Assembly (NCBI GenBank): GCA_964016885.1
Contig: OZ024756.1
Span: 43,586,001 to 43,650,000 of the forward strand
Direction of reading: 5' to 3'
From: Eledone cirrhosa
Taxonomy: Eukaryota
DNA length: 64,000 bases
The position numbers and the translations under genes were made by a program. Below the pieces are notes generated by a model that made no database searches, had not been told where the DNA came from, and saw only the letters and a program-made list of their open reading frames with translations. How positions within the stretch are numbered: position 1 is the stretch's first letter; the number at the start of each line of letters is the position of its first letter. Shown here piece after piece: positions 27,537 through 43,215 of this stretch.

Positions 27537-27823
27537 CAAATAACGAAACGAAATTAAATTTCGTTTCGTTTGTAACTCACTTTTGTATGACTGACGCTTA
27601 AACAATTAAGTTAAAAATGTACATCCACATATGTATACTGAAATACTAGTATGCATATGAATACACACACGTGTACATATGTAGATGTACCGAGTTTTCA
27701 CTGGTCACTTTACTGTGAGTGTCCAGCTATTCTGTATGTAGACACACAGACAAACCGGTTCTTAGAGTCATACTGGTTTTTGAGGAAACACCTTTCCTCT
27801 ATTCTCCAGAAAGCCAGACAAGG

Positions 27824-27868
27824 AATATTGGACTAGTTTCGATGTTGTTACATCTCATCAGCAATATT
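27824..27868 (-). ncRNA. Minimal type I hammerhead ribozyme (second minus-strand copy at 28289-28333)
   Basis: Reverse complement of the motif at 29042-29086. Confidence 0.85.
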
Positions 27869-29041
27869 TACCTATCTTCCGGCTTCTCTAGAGAATCGTG
27901 AAAGCACATATCGTTATATGCTTTTTCTATGAAAATTAGTAGTGGGCAGACCAATTTGCATAGAGCGTGAGTACGTACCGGTTCAACGGAGACGATAAAA
28001 ACAAATAACGAAACGAAATTAAATTTCGTTTCGTTTGTAACTCACTTTTGTATGACTGACGCTTAAACAATTAAGTTAAAAATGTACATCCACATATGTA
28101 TACTGAAATACTAGTATGCATATGAATACACACACGTGTACATATGTAGATGTACCGAGTTTTCACTGGTCACTTTACTGTGAGTGTCCAGCTATTCTGT
28201 ATGTAGACACACAGACAAACCGGTTCTTAGAGTCATACTGGTTTTTGAGGAAACACCTTTCCTCTATTCTCCAGAAAGCCAGACAAGGAATATTGGACTA
28301 GTTTCGATGTTGTTACATCTCATCAGCAATATTTACCTATCTTCCGGCTTCTCTAGAGAATCGTGAAAGCACATATCGTTATATGCTTTTTCTATGAAAA
28401 TTAGTAGTGGGCAGACCAATTTGCATAGAGCGTGAGTACGTACCGGTTCAACGGAGACGATAAAAACAAATAACGAAACGAAATTAAATTTCGTTTCGTT
28501 TGTAACTCACTTTTGTATGACTGACGCTTAAACAATTAAGTTAAAAATGTTATTGATGAGATGTAACAACATCGAATAAATTGCTGATGAGATGTAACAA
28601 CATCGAAACTAGTCCAATATTCCTTGTCTGGCTTTCTGGAGAATAGAGGAAAGGTGTTTCCTCAAAAACCAGTATGACTCTAAGAACCGGTTTGTCTGTG
28701 TGTCTACATACAGAATAGCTGGACACTCACAGTAAAGTGACCAGTGAAAACTCGGTACATCTACATATGTACACGTGTGTGTATTCATATGCATACTAGT
28801 ATTTCAGTATACATATGTGGATGTACATTTTTAACTTAATTGTTTAAGCGTCAGTCATACAAAAGTGAGTTACAAACGAAACGAAATTTAATTTCGTTTC
28901 GTTATTTGTTTTTATCGTCTCCGTTGAACCGGTACGTACTCACGCTCTATGCAAATTGGTCTGCCCACTACTAATTTTCATAGAAAAAGCATATAACGAT
29001 ATGTGCTTTCACGATTCTCTAGAGAAGCCGGAAGATAGGTA

Positions 29042-29086
29042 AATATTGCTGATGAGATGTAACAACATCGAAACTAGTCCAATATT
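29042..29086 (+). ncRNA. Minimal type I hammerhead ribozyme (also at 28581-28621, 29507-29551, 29972-30016, 30437-30481, 30902-30946)
   Basis: AATATTG-CTGATGA-GATGT-AACA-ACATC-GAAA-CTAG-TC^CAATATT: 7-bp stem I, 5-bp stem II, palindromic ACTAGT stem III, GUC cleavage predicted after 29079. Confidence 0.9.
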
Positions 29087-31160
29087 CCTTGTCTGGCTTT
29101 CTGGAGAATAGAGGAAAGGTGTTTCCTCAAAAACCAGTATGACTCTAAGAACCGGTTTGTCTGTGTGTCTACATACAGAATAGCTGGACACTCACAGTAA
29201 AGTGACCAGTGAAAACTCGGTACATCTACATATGTACACGTGTGTGTATTCATATGCATACTAGTATTTCAGTATACATATGTGGATGTACATTTTTAAC
29301 TTAATTGTTTAAGCGTCAGTCATACAAAAGTGAGTTACAAACGAAACGAAATTTAATTTCGTTTCGTTATTTGTTTTTATCGTCTCCGTTGAACCGGTAC
29401 GTACTCACGCTCTATGCAAATTGGTCTGCCCACTACTAATTTTCATAGAAAAAGCATATAACGATATGTGCTTTCACGATTCTCTAGAGAAGCCGGAAGA
29501 TAGGTAAATATTGCTGATGAGATGTAACAACATCGAAACTAGTCCAATATTCCTTGTCTGGCTTTCTGGAGAATAGAGGAAAGGTGTTTCCTCAAAAACC
29601 AGTATGACTCTAAGAACCGGTTTGTCTGTGTGTCTACATACAGAATAGCTGGACACTCACAGTAAAGTGACCAGTGAAAACTCGGTACATCTACATATGT
29701 ACACGTGTGTGTATTCATATGCATACTAGTATTTCAGTATACATATGTGGATGTACATTTTTAACTTAATTGTTTAAGCGTCAGTCATACAAAAGTGAGT
29801 TACAAACGAAACGAAATTTAATTTCGTTTCGTTATTTGTTTTTATCGTCTCCGTTGAACCGGTACGTACTCACGCTCTATGCAAATTGGTCTGCCCACTA
29901 CTAATTTTCATAGAAAAAGCATATAACGATATGTGCTTTCACGATTCTCTAGAGAAGCCGGAAGATAGGTAAATATTGCTGATGAGATGTAACAACATCG
30001 AAACTAGTCCAATATTCCTTGTCTGGCTTTCTGGAGAATAGAGGAAAGGTGTTTCCTCAAAAACCAGTATGACTCTAAGAACCGGTTTGTCTGTGTGTCT
30101 ACATACAGAATAGCTGGACACTCACAGTAAAGTGACCAGTGAAAACTCGGTACATCTACATATGTACACGTGTGTGTATTCATATGCATACTAGTATTTC
30201 AGTATACATATGTGGATGTACATTTTTAACTTAATTGTTTAAGCGTCAGTCATACAAAAGTGAGTTACAAACGAAACGAAATTTAATTTCGTTTCGTTAT
30301 TTGTTTTTATCGTCTCCGTTGAACCGGTACGTACTCACGCTCTATGCAAATTGGTCTGCCCACTACTAATTTTCATAGAAAAAGCATATAACGATATGTG
30401 CTTTCACGATTCTCTAGAGAAGCCGGAAGATAGGTAAATATTGCTGATGAGATGTAACAACATCGAAACTAGTCCAATATTCCTTGTCTGGCTTTCTGGA
30501 GAATAGAGGAAAGGTGTTTCCTCAAAAACCAGTATGACTCTAAGAACCGGTTTGTCTGTGTGTCTACATACAGAATAGCTGGACACTCACAGTAAAGTGA
30601 CCAGTGAAAACTCGGTACATCTACATATGTACACGTGTGTGTATTCATATGCATACTAGTATTTCAGTATACATATGTGGATGTACATTTTTAACTTAAT
30701 TGTTTAAGCGTCAGTCATACAAAAGTGAGTTACAAACGAAACGAAATTTAATTTCGTTTCGTTATTTGTTTTTATCGTCTCCGTTGAACCGGTACGTACT
30801 CACGCTCTATGCAAATTGGTCTGCCCACTACTAATTTTCATAGAAAAAGCATATAACGATATGTGCTTTCACGATTCTCTAGAGAAGCCGGAAGATAGGT
30901 AAATATTGCTGATGAGATGTAACAACATCGAAACTAGTCCAATATTCCTTGTCTGGCTTTCTGGAGAATAGAGGAAAGGTGTTTCCTCAAAAACCAGTAT
31001 GACTCTAAGAACCGGTTTGTCTGTGTGTCTACATACAGAATAGCTGGACACTCACAGTAAAGTGACCAGTGAAAACTCGGTACATCTACATATGTACACG
31101 TGTGTGTATTCATATGCATACTAGTATTTCAGTATACATATGTGGATGTACATTTTTAAC

Positions 31161-31881
<721 letters not shown>

Positions 31882-32052
31882 TTAGTTAAGCAAAACAAGA
31901 CCACAAATTTCACAAGGAAGACATTATTTAAAGATTGTCAACATAGTTGTAGTTTAATGTAAGGAATATATATATATATAAGGAATGTAAGGAATGTATG
32001 TATATATATATATATATATACGTATATATATATACGTATATATATATATAGG

Positions 32053-32101
<49 letters not shown>

Positions 32102-32102
<1 letters not shown>

Positions 32103-35100
32103 TCTTTATCTGCCACAGGGGCGTACAAAAATGGGACATTACAAGACGTGATGGCGGGGGTTTTACATAAAATCTTTAACAATAATAAATAACTGTTTCT
32201 ACTTTAGGCACAAGGCCAGCAATTAACCAGTGCATTACTGGTACTTTATTTTATCGACCCCGTAAGGATGAAAGGCAAAGTCAACTTCGGCGGGATTTGA
32301 ACTCAGATCGTAAAGGGACGTAACTATGCTGGAAAGCATGGCGTCCGACCCTCTACCGATACTGCCAATCCACAATAAATAACAATAAACTATATAAAAA
32401 TAAAACAATTGAAATCCCCATTAGGGGGAGGGGGTAACGCTACTGCGGGGTTGTTTTACATCCCGTGGATAGAACAACCCTCAACACCAGGAACACCTTT
32501 TGTAGGTGTTCCCGTCTTACCTCTGTTTATCTTCCTCAACCTACAGGTTTAGTCCATTCACCCGCGCCATTTTCGCCATATTCACCCTCCGTTCAGCGAA
32601 TTTACTGGGGTGTAGCACCTCTCTCTGAGAGAAAGGTGCTTGCCCTCAGTCCTTTTAACTTCGTCCACCATATTACCTCTTTCGCCATAGCCACCAGACT
32701 TAAATGAAGGAGGCGGGGTGATCCTCACGATGGGATCGACTGACAACTGGATGCGTCCTACACGTGACAGTAGCTGTTCGACATAATTCCACAGGTCGGT
32801 CACCCCTGGTACATGCAAAACGGTTTCAATGTCCCGCTCTCACCTTGGACAGGTCCTTTTGGCAGGATCTCTGCCAGGGCGTCCGTGCCTGTAGATTTTG
32901 TCTTGAACTGGTAGAGCTCCTCGGTAGCACTGCCAGGTCAGAGACCTCTGGAAGCTATCCATAGGCTCTGGACGGAAAGTCCTCCCGAACAGGCTGGTCA
33001 GTTCGTCTTCCTCGATGCCTAGAGTTTCCCCAAGAACGTTGTCGCACTTATCCTCCACTAATCCCCTATAGAATGTCGAAGTGGAGTCTCCGCTGATTGC
33101 TGTTTCCGCTTGGTAGAGGGCTGTGAGCACCTGAAGGCACTCGAGGTGCCAGGTGCCCATTTTCGGTCTTCGCTTGACCCAGGACTGCAGCTCTATTAGT
33201 GAGACGAGTCGTGGAAGAGCTCTTTTCACAAATGACAGCCACACCGGCTCGCCGGTCAGGAACACCTGGAGAGGGCGTAGCCTCAGCGCGTGTTTGCGCA
33301 TCATCAGCCACGGCATGCCCAGCCCTCCGTTAGAAGGCTGTTGACAGTAGATGGATCTCCTCACCAATGGAGCCTGTTTCTTCCAGAGGAACTTGAAGAG
33401 TAGGCATTCCATTTTGGTGAGGTATTAGTGGGGAGAAGGCACGACTGTCAAGTGGTAGTAGATTACGGACGCTATGTAAGTGTTCGCCACCTTCGCCGTG
33501 ACCTCGTTCCAGTTCTTGTCAACCTGGAGGTCTGGACCAAACCAGACCCCGAGTAATTTCACCGGTCTTTCCGTCCAGCATCCAACGACACTGTCGGAAG
33601 GCATGGGTTTGCCTCTCCATGTGTCGAGTTGCAAACCAACAGACTTGTTTGGGTTTAGTCTTGCTCCTGTCAATGTTTCGTATTCCTGTAATAGGTTGCC
33701 GATTACCCTGATGTCCAAGGTTTTCGACACCATTTCGATTATGTCATCGGCATAGGCCGATGCTGCTTTTCACAGTCCTGGTTCGATCGGGATGCCCTGC
33801 AACAGCTCCAACTTCCGCAGTAATGGCTCGAGAGTCAGTACATACAGATGGAGGAGAGAGGGCACCCATGATTTGGAATGGCATGATTTGGAATGGCTCT
33901 GATAGGTAGCCATTCACCTGGACTGCCGAGCTGATGCTGGTGTACATGGCAGTGATCCAGCCTCTGAAGACGGGACCGAAGCCGGTCGCCTTGAGAACCG
34001 CTTCCAACTATTGATGGTCGACCCTATCAAATGCCTTAGACTGATCTAAATTGATCAGAGACCCACCGTAGCCAGGTTTACACCCTACCCTCTCTATGAT
34101 GTATCGCATGTGGTGAAGGTTGTCATGTATGGACCTGGTCGGGATTGCACACGTTTGCGCTGCCCCTACCAGATTCTCGACGACAAGCGCCAGCCTCGCT
34201 GCTAACACCTTGGCCAAAATCTTTAACTCTGTGTTGAGCAGAGTTATGGGCCTAAAATTGCTTATCTCATCCCCCTTGTTCTCATCTTTCCTGATCAGCG
34301 TTACTACGCCTCTGCCTACAGAACTGGAAATCCTCCCGTTCTGCTGCCAGTTGCAGTAGACCGCTTCGAGGATGCCAGGGAACAAGTCTGACATGTCATG
34401 CCTATGTAAAACTCATAGGGTAGACCATCTAAACCGGGTGATTTTCGTTTCCCACAGCAGCCTAGGGCATCTTCTATTTCGCCCAGCTGTGATCGGCCTT
34501 TTGCAGGTCTCCGCATCCGTGTTCGAGAGTCGTGGTACGCCGTCGAGGTAGAATCTGAAGTCCATCACTTCCCTTGACGCACCGCTTTGCCCGAACAGTT
34601 GTGCAAAATGCTGCCGGAAGGCCGTGCACATCTGCTTGGATTCAAGTAGAATGCATCCATCTTTGTCTTGCAAGGACCGGATTGTGGATTTGTTGCCACT
34701 TTTCGCCTCTGCCACTCGGGCCCAGCTAACAGCTTTGGCTCCCTCGTTTCTTAGAGTACGTGTTCTACTTCTGACAATACAACCTTCATGTTTCATGTTG
34801 AAGAACTGGTCTAGTGCCGTTCTCGCTGCTAGCACGTCAGCTGTACTGCCATTCCTAAGTGCCTCTTCTATTTTAGCTACCAGTTCCTTTTCGGTTGGTT
34901 TTTTTTCTAAAGCTACTTCCTTGCTAAATGCTATCGATTCTATTCTAATTGCTCTCTTGAGAGAGCTCCACCAGCTGTTGTTGATGATCGCCCCCTTCAA
35001 CTGGCACTTAACTAAGGTGCTAATCCGTTTACTGTAGGCCTTACGCGCCGGAAGCGACATGTTTAGCTTGCAGTATCCGGGTCCCTGTGTATGTATTCTA

Positions 35101-36100
35101 TCAAGGTTGACTACGCAGGTGACTAATTTGTGGTCTGAATAGGAAACCATGTGCATTTGTGGACAGCTTAATGTTTCCTTATCTTTCTGTCTAATTAAAA
35201 ATCTATCTAAATACGATCTAGAAGAACCAGTGCGGTTGCTCCACGTCAACAGTGGTACACTTGGAAAGTCTAGTCGATATCTATCAGCCAGTTGGAATTG
35301 GCTGATGAGATTTTTGAGGCTATCACACTCCCTTCTATTATCACAAGCTCCTACATAGTCCCAACGTGCATCTAAGATGCTATTCCAGTCCCACGCTAAC
35401 ACTAAGGAGTGAGACGTTCCCAGGAATGGCTCCAGACGCTTGAAGAACTCTGGTCGCGATGTCCCAGTCGAGGCATATACGGCCACCAGTCTGAAAGCTT
35501 CACCTTCACTACCATTCACGCCCAGGACCACCAACTGCCCTCCTGGTCCAAGTGAATCATTTGTGCTTTGAGATCCAAGTTTTTTCGAAAAAGAACAGCA
35601 ACTCCGCTTCCACCTCCTGGCTGACAGAGAGATGCGTAGATCTCAAAGTCATTGAACATGGGGGTTAGCTGCTGCCTATCGTGAATCCTGGACTCGGTGA
35701 TGGCTATCACATCTATACAATGTGACCTGAGATCATTTAAAAGCTAACCCTGTTTCCAGGGCATGCCCAGGCCATGTACATTCAAACATCCAACTTGTAT
35801 AGTCACCATGTTGGTGAAGAAGAGTTAGGGAGAGAAAAGGCAGGAACACTTACCTTTTCGTTTCCTAGAGGTCGGGTTGTTCGATCTCCATGTCCAGATT
35901 GGGGTGTTTGGGGAGGGAAGAATACTTTTAGAAGGACACGGTTAAGGGTTTTTTGGCAAGGGGGGGCCACATAATGTGGGAAGGTCCCTTTCAATGTTTC
36001 ATGTTGTAGGGTTGTTACGCTGATCAGTTTGAGGCTTGGGGGTGGGTCGTTGGTGGGGAAGGTTTTCCCTTCCGTTTGGATAATAGGGTCCTTTCGGACA
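32102..36100 (-). mobile_element. Tx1/L1-clade LINE with a disrupted ORF2 (APE endonuclease and RT), with a SINE nested at 32192-32373
   Basis: ORF pieces contain IAITES, SYLDRFL, SDHKLV, KSPGLDGLPYEFY, RPITLLNTELKILAKVLA, LDQSKAFDRVDH, YADD and GGLGMP. Flanked by (GATA)n. Absent in unit A. Confidence 0.9.
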
Positions 36101-36125
36101 GTGTATATAGATAGATAGATAGATA

Positions 36126-36475
36126 TATTTCTTTATTAGCCACAGGGGCACAAAAGAAGGGGACAAATACAAAGGGGGAAGTTTACATACAATAAAAACG
36201 TGTAAAATGTTATCACAGATGGAATTTAAAAGTTAGTCGATTTTCCCCAATAGAGGGAGACAGTTTATATGGGTAACACAGACCCCCGAAAAAAATGTGC
36301 AACCCTCATCTCCAGGAGTACGAAGAGCTTGTACTCCTTTCCTCTCCTCCTCCTTTTCCTCAACCTACAGGCTGATATAGAGAGAAGGCCCATTCACTCG
36401 GGCCATTCTCGCCACTTTCACCCACCTTTCATAAAACTTGCTGGGGTACAGCACCTCTCTCTCCATCCTGACAGT
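36126..36475 (-). mobile_element. Second, 5'-truncated Tx1-family 3' fragment in tandem
   Basis: RMEREVLYPSKFYERWVKVARMARVNG is similar to the ORF2 C-terminus at ~32545-32650. Flanked by (GATA)n. Confidence 0.75.
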
Positions 36476-36479
36476 GTAT

Positions 36480-36547
<68 letters not shown>

Positions 36548-38121
36548 GGATAGATAGATAGACATACATTTTTGTTTTGTGTTTCAACAATGAAGAACTT
36601 GTCATTCTGTTTAATTAACCATGATATAATATTTTGTAGGAAAAACTCTCTACATTATGTAGAATGAATTGTCACAACAATAACTGATATCGTGGGCCAT
36701 CTCCGAATCAAATATTTCCTTTATTCTCTGTGTTTGCCGTTATTCCATTATTGATTAACAAATTATGCAATCTGAACCTGATGATGTCGCCAGTGTCCTA
36801 CGTAACCTGGCCATTGAAATATATATAGGATTTTTTTTTTTGCAACAATAAAACTCTAAAGGGATATCACCAGCCCAGCCTCCTGTAGCTTTAATCAAAT
36901 TAATATATAGAGACTGTTGTAGTGTGCTTGAAGGATTGTTGAATAGGAAATGTAAACTGAAATAAGTTTGAAAGCCTTACAATGCATTGAAAATTAAAGG
37001 TGCCAAGATAGCGATAGTATTTTACCATAGCAAATTTAATTATACTAAATATTTTCGGGCTTAAAAACCCATTATCAAGGGAGGATCCGTATGAAGGTCT
37101 TCAAAGATCTGTCGGAGTTGAGCTGCAGTTTGGCTGGCAGATTTAATTTAAATGTAAGGAAAAGACGTTAAAAGTTCGAGTGTGCACGTTGTGAAATATG
37201 TGTGATAAAAAGTGTTTGATATATGCATGTGTGCGTGTGAATCTAAGTGTGTATGCTTAACGCGGACGTAGATTTAATTTAAAAGAATGAATCACATTAT
37301 TTTGTGTCTCTTCTTTATTCTGCCCTACACCATCTGTTTTGTGAGTTGTGGCACATATATATATATATTTGTACATTCATATGGACATGCATGTGCACAT
37401 TTATATTTACATGCACAAAAAACTTCTTTAAACTTTTAACATCATTTCCCACTGGATTTTCTCTCTAGAGTTACGTTGAGTCATAACAAGTAGTGTAGAA
37501 TGATGTAATAATGTAGATTTCATAGTCTGACTACGTAATGCATTGATCTCTCACGGGTAGAGTCGGATTTATCATTGTGCTTAGGTGTGCTTAAGTACGG
37601 GGCCCTGTTGGTCAGTGGGACCTTTCTTGCCTGTGTAGGCCTACTGAATTTACCTCTTTAAGGACCTAAGTAAGGGGCGTAATAACTTAGCTAGCGCAGG
37701 GCCACATTTGTCTTAAATCTGGCACTGCCAACAAGTATTAGTACACACATTTAAAAGACTAACAACTGAAGAAAAAAAAACAGAAATAGAGGCTTGCACT
37801 GCTCTGAGGAAACGGTAGAAGCAGCATTTAAAAATTGAGTTTCTGCAAATAATTACCAATTTGCACATAGCATGACTAGACTATATAACTACTGTTGAAA
37901 CATTTGTAAGCATTCGGAATAAATTACCTTTATATGATGTCTACCTGTTATTATTCATTCTTTATCTACACTCCGGAATACAGAAGGATCAGAAACAGAG
38001 TTTCTTCAACTATTCTTCTATAACTCGTTGAGTAACCCCTCACCGTACGTCAACTCTATCTAGTGTAGTAATTAACCATTACTGCATTCAAGATAATCCT
38101 AAGCATTTCTTGCATAACCTA

Positions 38122-38156
<35 letters not shown>

Positions 38157-38590
38157 TATACATTAGTTTCTAATTGGATATAGAGTGTATAAGAGAAGAC
38201 TGTGTTGGTATGAACATGTGATGTCTATGGAAGGTAACAACAGAGAATCTATTGGAAGAGGTAGATCTAAGGAAACATGGCAGGAAGTAGTGAAGACTGA
38301 CCTTCAAAAGCCACGACTGAAGGGAGTAGCCATATGCTGTACTGAAGACCTTCCTAATACTTTTTAATGAGCAGAAGAGGTGTAGCCATTATCTTCAGAT
38401 TGAAGACTTGTCACAAACACATACAAACTGATTGACATTATAACACACTACATTCTTAAATTCAAGCGTCAGACATCATGCTTTGCAACATAGAGTTATG
38501 ACCCTTTATGTTCAAATACCGCCGAGGTTGGCTTTGCCTTTCAGAGAGACCAACATGGGGAAAATAAAATTGTCTTTTGTCTTAACTTAC

Positions 38591-38711
38591 CGCCTGAAGT
38601 GGAACGAGCCATCATCATCATCACCATAACTATTACCATAGTCCTCAACAGGTTGGGCAGAAATAAGCGCCGACTGCCCCCATCAACAGTTGTAATATAA
38701 CAGCAAGACAT
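38591..38711 (-). CDS. IgSF paralog 1, signal-peptide exon
   Basis: MSCCYITTVDGGSRRLFLPNLLRTMVIVMVMMMMARSTSG followed by G|GTAAGT. Phase 1 matches the exon at 25640 across a 12.95-kb intron. Confidence 0.75.
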
Positions 38712-38881
38712 ACTTTGATCCAGGTAAAATAGGAATTGTAACAGAAATAAAAAAATATTTTACAATAGATTTTCTTGTCTAATTAATGTCTGTGGTGTAA
38801 TAAAATTAATTAAAAGAAATGTGCAAATTATAAGGTAATTAAACAGGTTATGTAAACATAAATATTGTGTATATATGAAGT

Positions 38882-39012
<131 letters not shown>

Positions 39013-42000
39013 GGTAAACAGAAATAACAACACAATCGGTACAGTATATGGAAGGTATATATTAGGTTAACGATTGAAATAGCAGAAAGAGGGTCTTGAC
39101 ATTTCGGACGCTAGTCCTTCATCAGAAGAAAGAATGACAAATAAGATGGATTGAAGGGACGGGCGGGTCGGAATTGGAAAAAATGTCTTTAGATAAAAAA
39201 TAATAGGTCCATTCATGTTGACAGGGGAAACACAGATGGCTGCCCAGAAATCAACTCATATACACATCCTTCTAGCTATAAGCTTATTATAAATACAAGG
39301 ACTTAGTAAACCCAACACAGACCCGAAGCAGCAGTCAGTGAGAGATAATCATGTAGGCACCAGCAGACCTTTTACCATTTCTCTCACATTCTCGGCCATA
39401 GACACAACCAGAAATGAAGCAGCAGTCCTTGAGACGAATAATGTATTCTAAGTATAGACACACACACACTAAGTAAGTTCATATTGTTTACATTCTACAC
39501 TCATTCTATTCTTCCGTCTCACTGTAATATTGTAACGTCGAATTGATACACGCATGCACGCTAACTCGAAGTAGCTAGCCAGCAAATTAATGTAGGGATA
39601 AATTCTGTCACATATTGTTATTGTAAAATAAACGTTGTTAACAACACAATCCTGGCATTGTTCTTTTCATCAAACACCCATCAAAGAATATTTATCCGCT
39701 ACATGTCCGTACGAAGCTAATAGAAACGTGTGTGTATATGTAAGTAAAAGAGTGTGTGGGTGTGCTTGTAAGTACGAAGCTATGAGTAAAACTCTGTTAA
39801 TATAAGGGTGTGTATATAGAGCTGTGAAGGGAAATGTGTTGTTTGCATATTTTGTCGGTCTGTATTAGTTGTCAGAGATTATGTTTCTGCCCATAAGAGA
39901 GCCATAGGAATCTAGGGGTGAATGTACAACCCCGTGTGATAGTGGACGGTGTATTAAAGAAATTGGGAGGTGAGTTGAGTCCATGAGGGAAATAGAACCC
40001 AAGGCGGTGAATCAGATATAATTGTGTGAGTTGTTAAATCGTGACTTTTTTCTGGCAAATATCGAAAAATGCATATGGCAAAGTTAGTTTTCCTTGTTTT
40101 ATTAAACCCCTGAATGAAAGTAGTTAAAATAATACGTATGTGAATAAACAACACATATACCACATATATATTTCTCTAGAGTGGTGAGCGTGTATTAGAG
40201 AAAAATATATTTTGAAATGAAATCTAAAAACAAAAGAAGAACGACCAACTTTTAAAAATGGAACAAGTTGCAGGTAATATAGTAACAGGTTATTTTCCCT
40301 CAACTGACTTGACTTGTAAGTTAGTAGCAGCACAAATACACACTTACGTATGTAGCGTTCCCAACGTTCTGATCAAAGAACGCCGTCTCATCATCTAACT
40401 CTCTGTAACAGAGTTCTCTCTCTTAGACCATCTATTTCTCTTATCTAAGACATTTACTCTCACATTCTTTCATCTCTCTGTCTCTCTATTTCTCTTTTAC
40501 TATCAATCACATCCCCTCTCTGTCCTTCTCTATAGAATGGAAAAAGAGAGATAATTCCAAAACAAAATGGCCAGATTGTTTTTAAATGATAACAGGAAAA
40601 TAAATAACATTGAATTCCATATAAATTACTGTTTCGTTTCATTTTTCTTCTTTCATATTTCCATCAATATTTGCAATGTTATTTATCCATCTGTCAATTA
40701 ATATATTGTCTGTAACTCTATTAAATTTTGTAATTACTATGAATTCGTTAGTTTTATATCGAATAATAATAATTGTTTCTACTTTTGGTACAGAAATTAT
40801 TCAAGTTTATTACTGGTACTTTATTTTATAGACCCCTTAAAGATGAAAGGAAAATTTAACCTTGGCGGGATAATAAATGTTTCGTTTGCAAGCAAACCTC
40901 CCCAATACGCTATGTTCTTTTACATGACTATCATCATCCTTTTTTTTTTTTGTGGCTTACCTTACTTATATATCAGGTGTTGCGTGTGAGGGTGCTTGGT
41001 TGCTCCAGCGCCTTAGCCTCGCTATCACCAGTAATAATGCTGCCAGCATATTGGCTTGCCTCAAAAAGTATTAGAGGGCGGTTCCGGCACCCATTGAGGT
41101 GTGTGACTGATTGACAAACTTAATGTTGAATTAATATTTTTTCGAGTTGATTCTATATTTTTATGTGAAATATTTAAGTAATTAAGCAGTATATATATTA
41201 TTTGTGTGTTTAGTTTCATTCTGCGAGAGTGCATGGAATAGTGGTTAGGGCGTTGGGCTAACTTCGTTATTCTATTGCAAGATATTTTATCTGAAAAGGT
41301 GTCTTGAAACACGTATTGTTATAGTTTGGGAGGGTCATGCTGCCAATTAAAAACACAAACTTCACTTCAATTTATAATGAATTATAAAGACACAAAAACA
41401 AGGTGGTGTAGAACAGAAAAAAGGAGAAACACAAAATAAGAAATCTTTCACTGAGGAAGTCACAGAATGTGTGACGAAAGCGCTTTGACAATAAACAAAT
41501 AAATAACCATCTGGCTACTAAACTAACCGATTGGTAGTTTATAATAAACTGAAGTGAAAACAACAGGTGCATATGTTTTTATTGGCAGCATGACTCTCTC
41601 TCAAAGTATAACATTATATATATATATATATATATATAAAGAGAGAGAGAGAATTACAGTATTATTCAATTTCCGTTAGTGTAATCAATTAATTTAATTG
41701 TTCAATAAGAACCAAAGACCACTTACAGTAGTGTTTCCTCAAAGTACGAATTATTCCAATTGGTAGATCCTGTGGTAGTTATATAGTTTCCAAGTGTAAC
41801 AATTTACGGGGTGTGTATAGAAAATTACAAAAATATTATTAAAAACATCGTGATTCAGATGGGTGGGAATAACATTTATTGCATATTCGCACTGGATTAA
41901 GGTGTTTTTAATAATATTTTTGTAATTGTAATACATATTTACTCTACGGATTTATATATATATATATACAATCTTAGTCGAAACCTCTTTGCATTTTGGT

Positions 42001-42105
42001 CTTTGTATTTATTAGTACTATGTATATATATTATATATATTATACATATATAGATATATATACATTATATATATATATATATACAGTATATATATACATA
42101 TATAC

Positions 42106-42166
<61 letters not shown>

Positions 42167-42189
42167 CAATATATATACATTATATATAC

Positions 42190-43215
42190 ATCTAATCCAT
42201 CTAGCACTGACCTACCGCTTAGGTTAAACTACCCTACTCTCACTAACCGCAGAAGCAACTGCAACTGCCGTTACCCCAATGCATGCCCATTAAATGGACA
42301 CTGCCTGTCACCCAACATAGTCTATAGGTGCACGGTTAAAACTGCTTCGAATACCAGCTCTTATATCGGGCCTATATCTAACCCTTTTAAGGTACGCTAT
42401 AATGCGCACTCTTTTTCCTTCCGAGACCCTAGCAACAGATGTTCGACATCTCTAGCTAGGCTCATTAAAAACCTTAAATTAAGCAACGTTGAACACTCAC
42501 TAAAATGGGATATCGTGGCTAGGGCCCAACCGTTCAATGGACGAAGAAAATCTTGTGATCTCTGTATTACAGAAGCATATTACATAACTCTATCATGAAC
42601 TCTACCGATTAACGATAGAACAGAGGTAACTATTAGCTGTCAACATCGAAGGGCTAATTCCTTTGCCAATAGAATATTTGACCCAACTTAGTCATCTAGC
42701 CCCATTTTTACTTGTAGCTAATAAGTTAAATAGCTATAACTAACTTAGATAATTATAAGTTACCTCCCCTACATTGTCTCTCAATTAAATAATTTAAAAA
42801 TGAGCACTCAACTATAAACTACCCACAATTTCTAATCTCTCGAGGAGTTACTTCCCCTGAAACCACCCTCTAATTAGTAAGGTAAATATGTCCTTTGGCA
42901 GCAATCTTGTTACCCACAGGCAGATGTCACACAATGCAGCCTCGACAGATGAATACTGCTTGATTATGGCTGTCAACTGATACAACCAGAACACCATAGT
43001 GAAATACCAATCTATGGAACATTACATTATGTAACATTTTCTCCTTATTTTAATTTATATTCCTTTGAAGTTCCGATGAGCCGCTTTGTTTTTAAATATG
43101 TTAATTATTTTCAACTGAACCAGATCAATTATGATATTTAGTCATCTGATCCAGAAATATTATATGGAGTAGCGAAACAATTGTAAACGGACATTATTAT
43201 TATTAATATTATTAT
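42190..43215 (+). mobile_element. Penelope-like element 3' fragment (GIY-YIG endonuclease and pLTR with a degenerate hammerhead at ~43070-43188)
   Basis: CNCRYPNACPLNGHC...NIVYRC...YIG...CDLCITE. Hammerhead-like GTT-CCGATGA-G..GCT[long loop]AGC-GAAAC-AATT-GTA-AAC. Confidence 0.8.

Noticed and set aside
27651-31119. Repeated 60-61 aa ORFs in the 465-bp array as a multicopy peptide gene
   Set aside because: They are short, overlapping, motif-less and antisense to the ribozyme strand. They recur only because the DNA unit is repeated.
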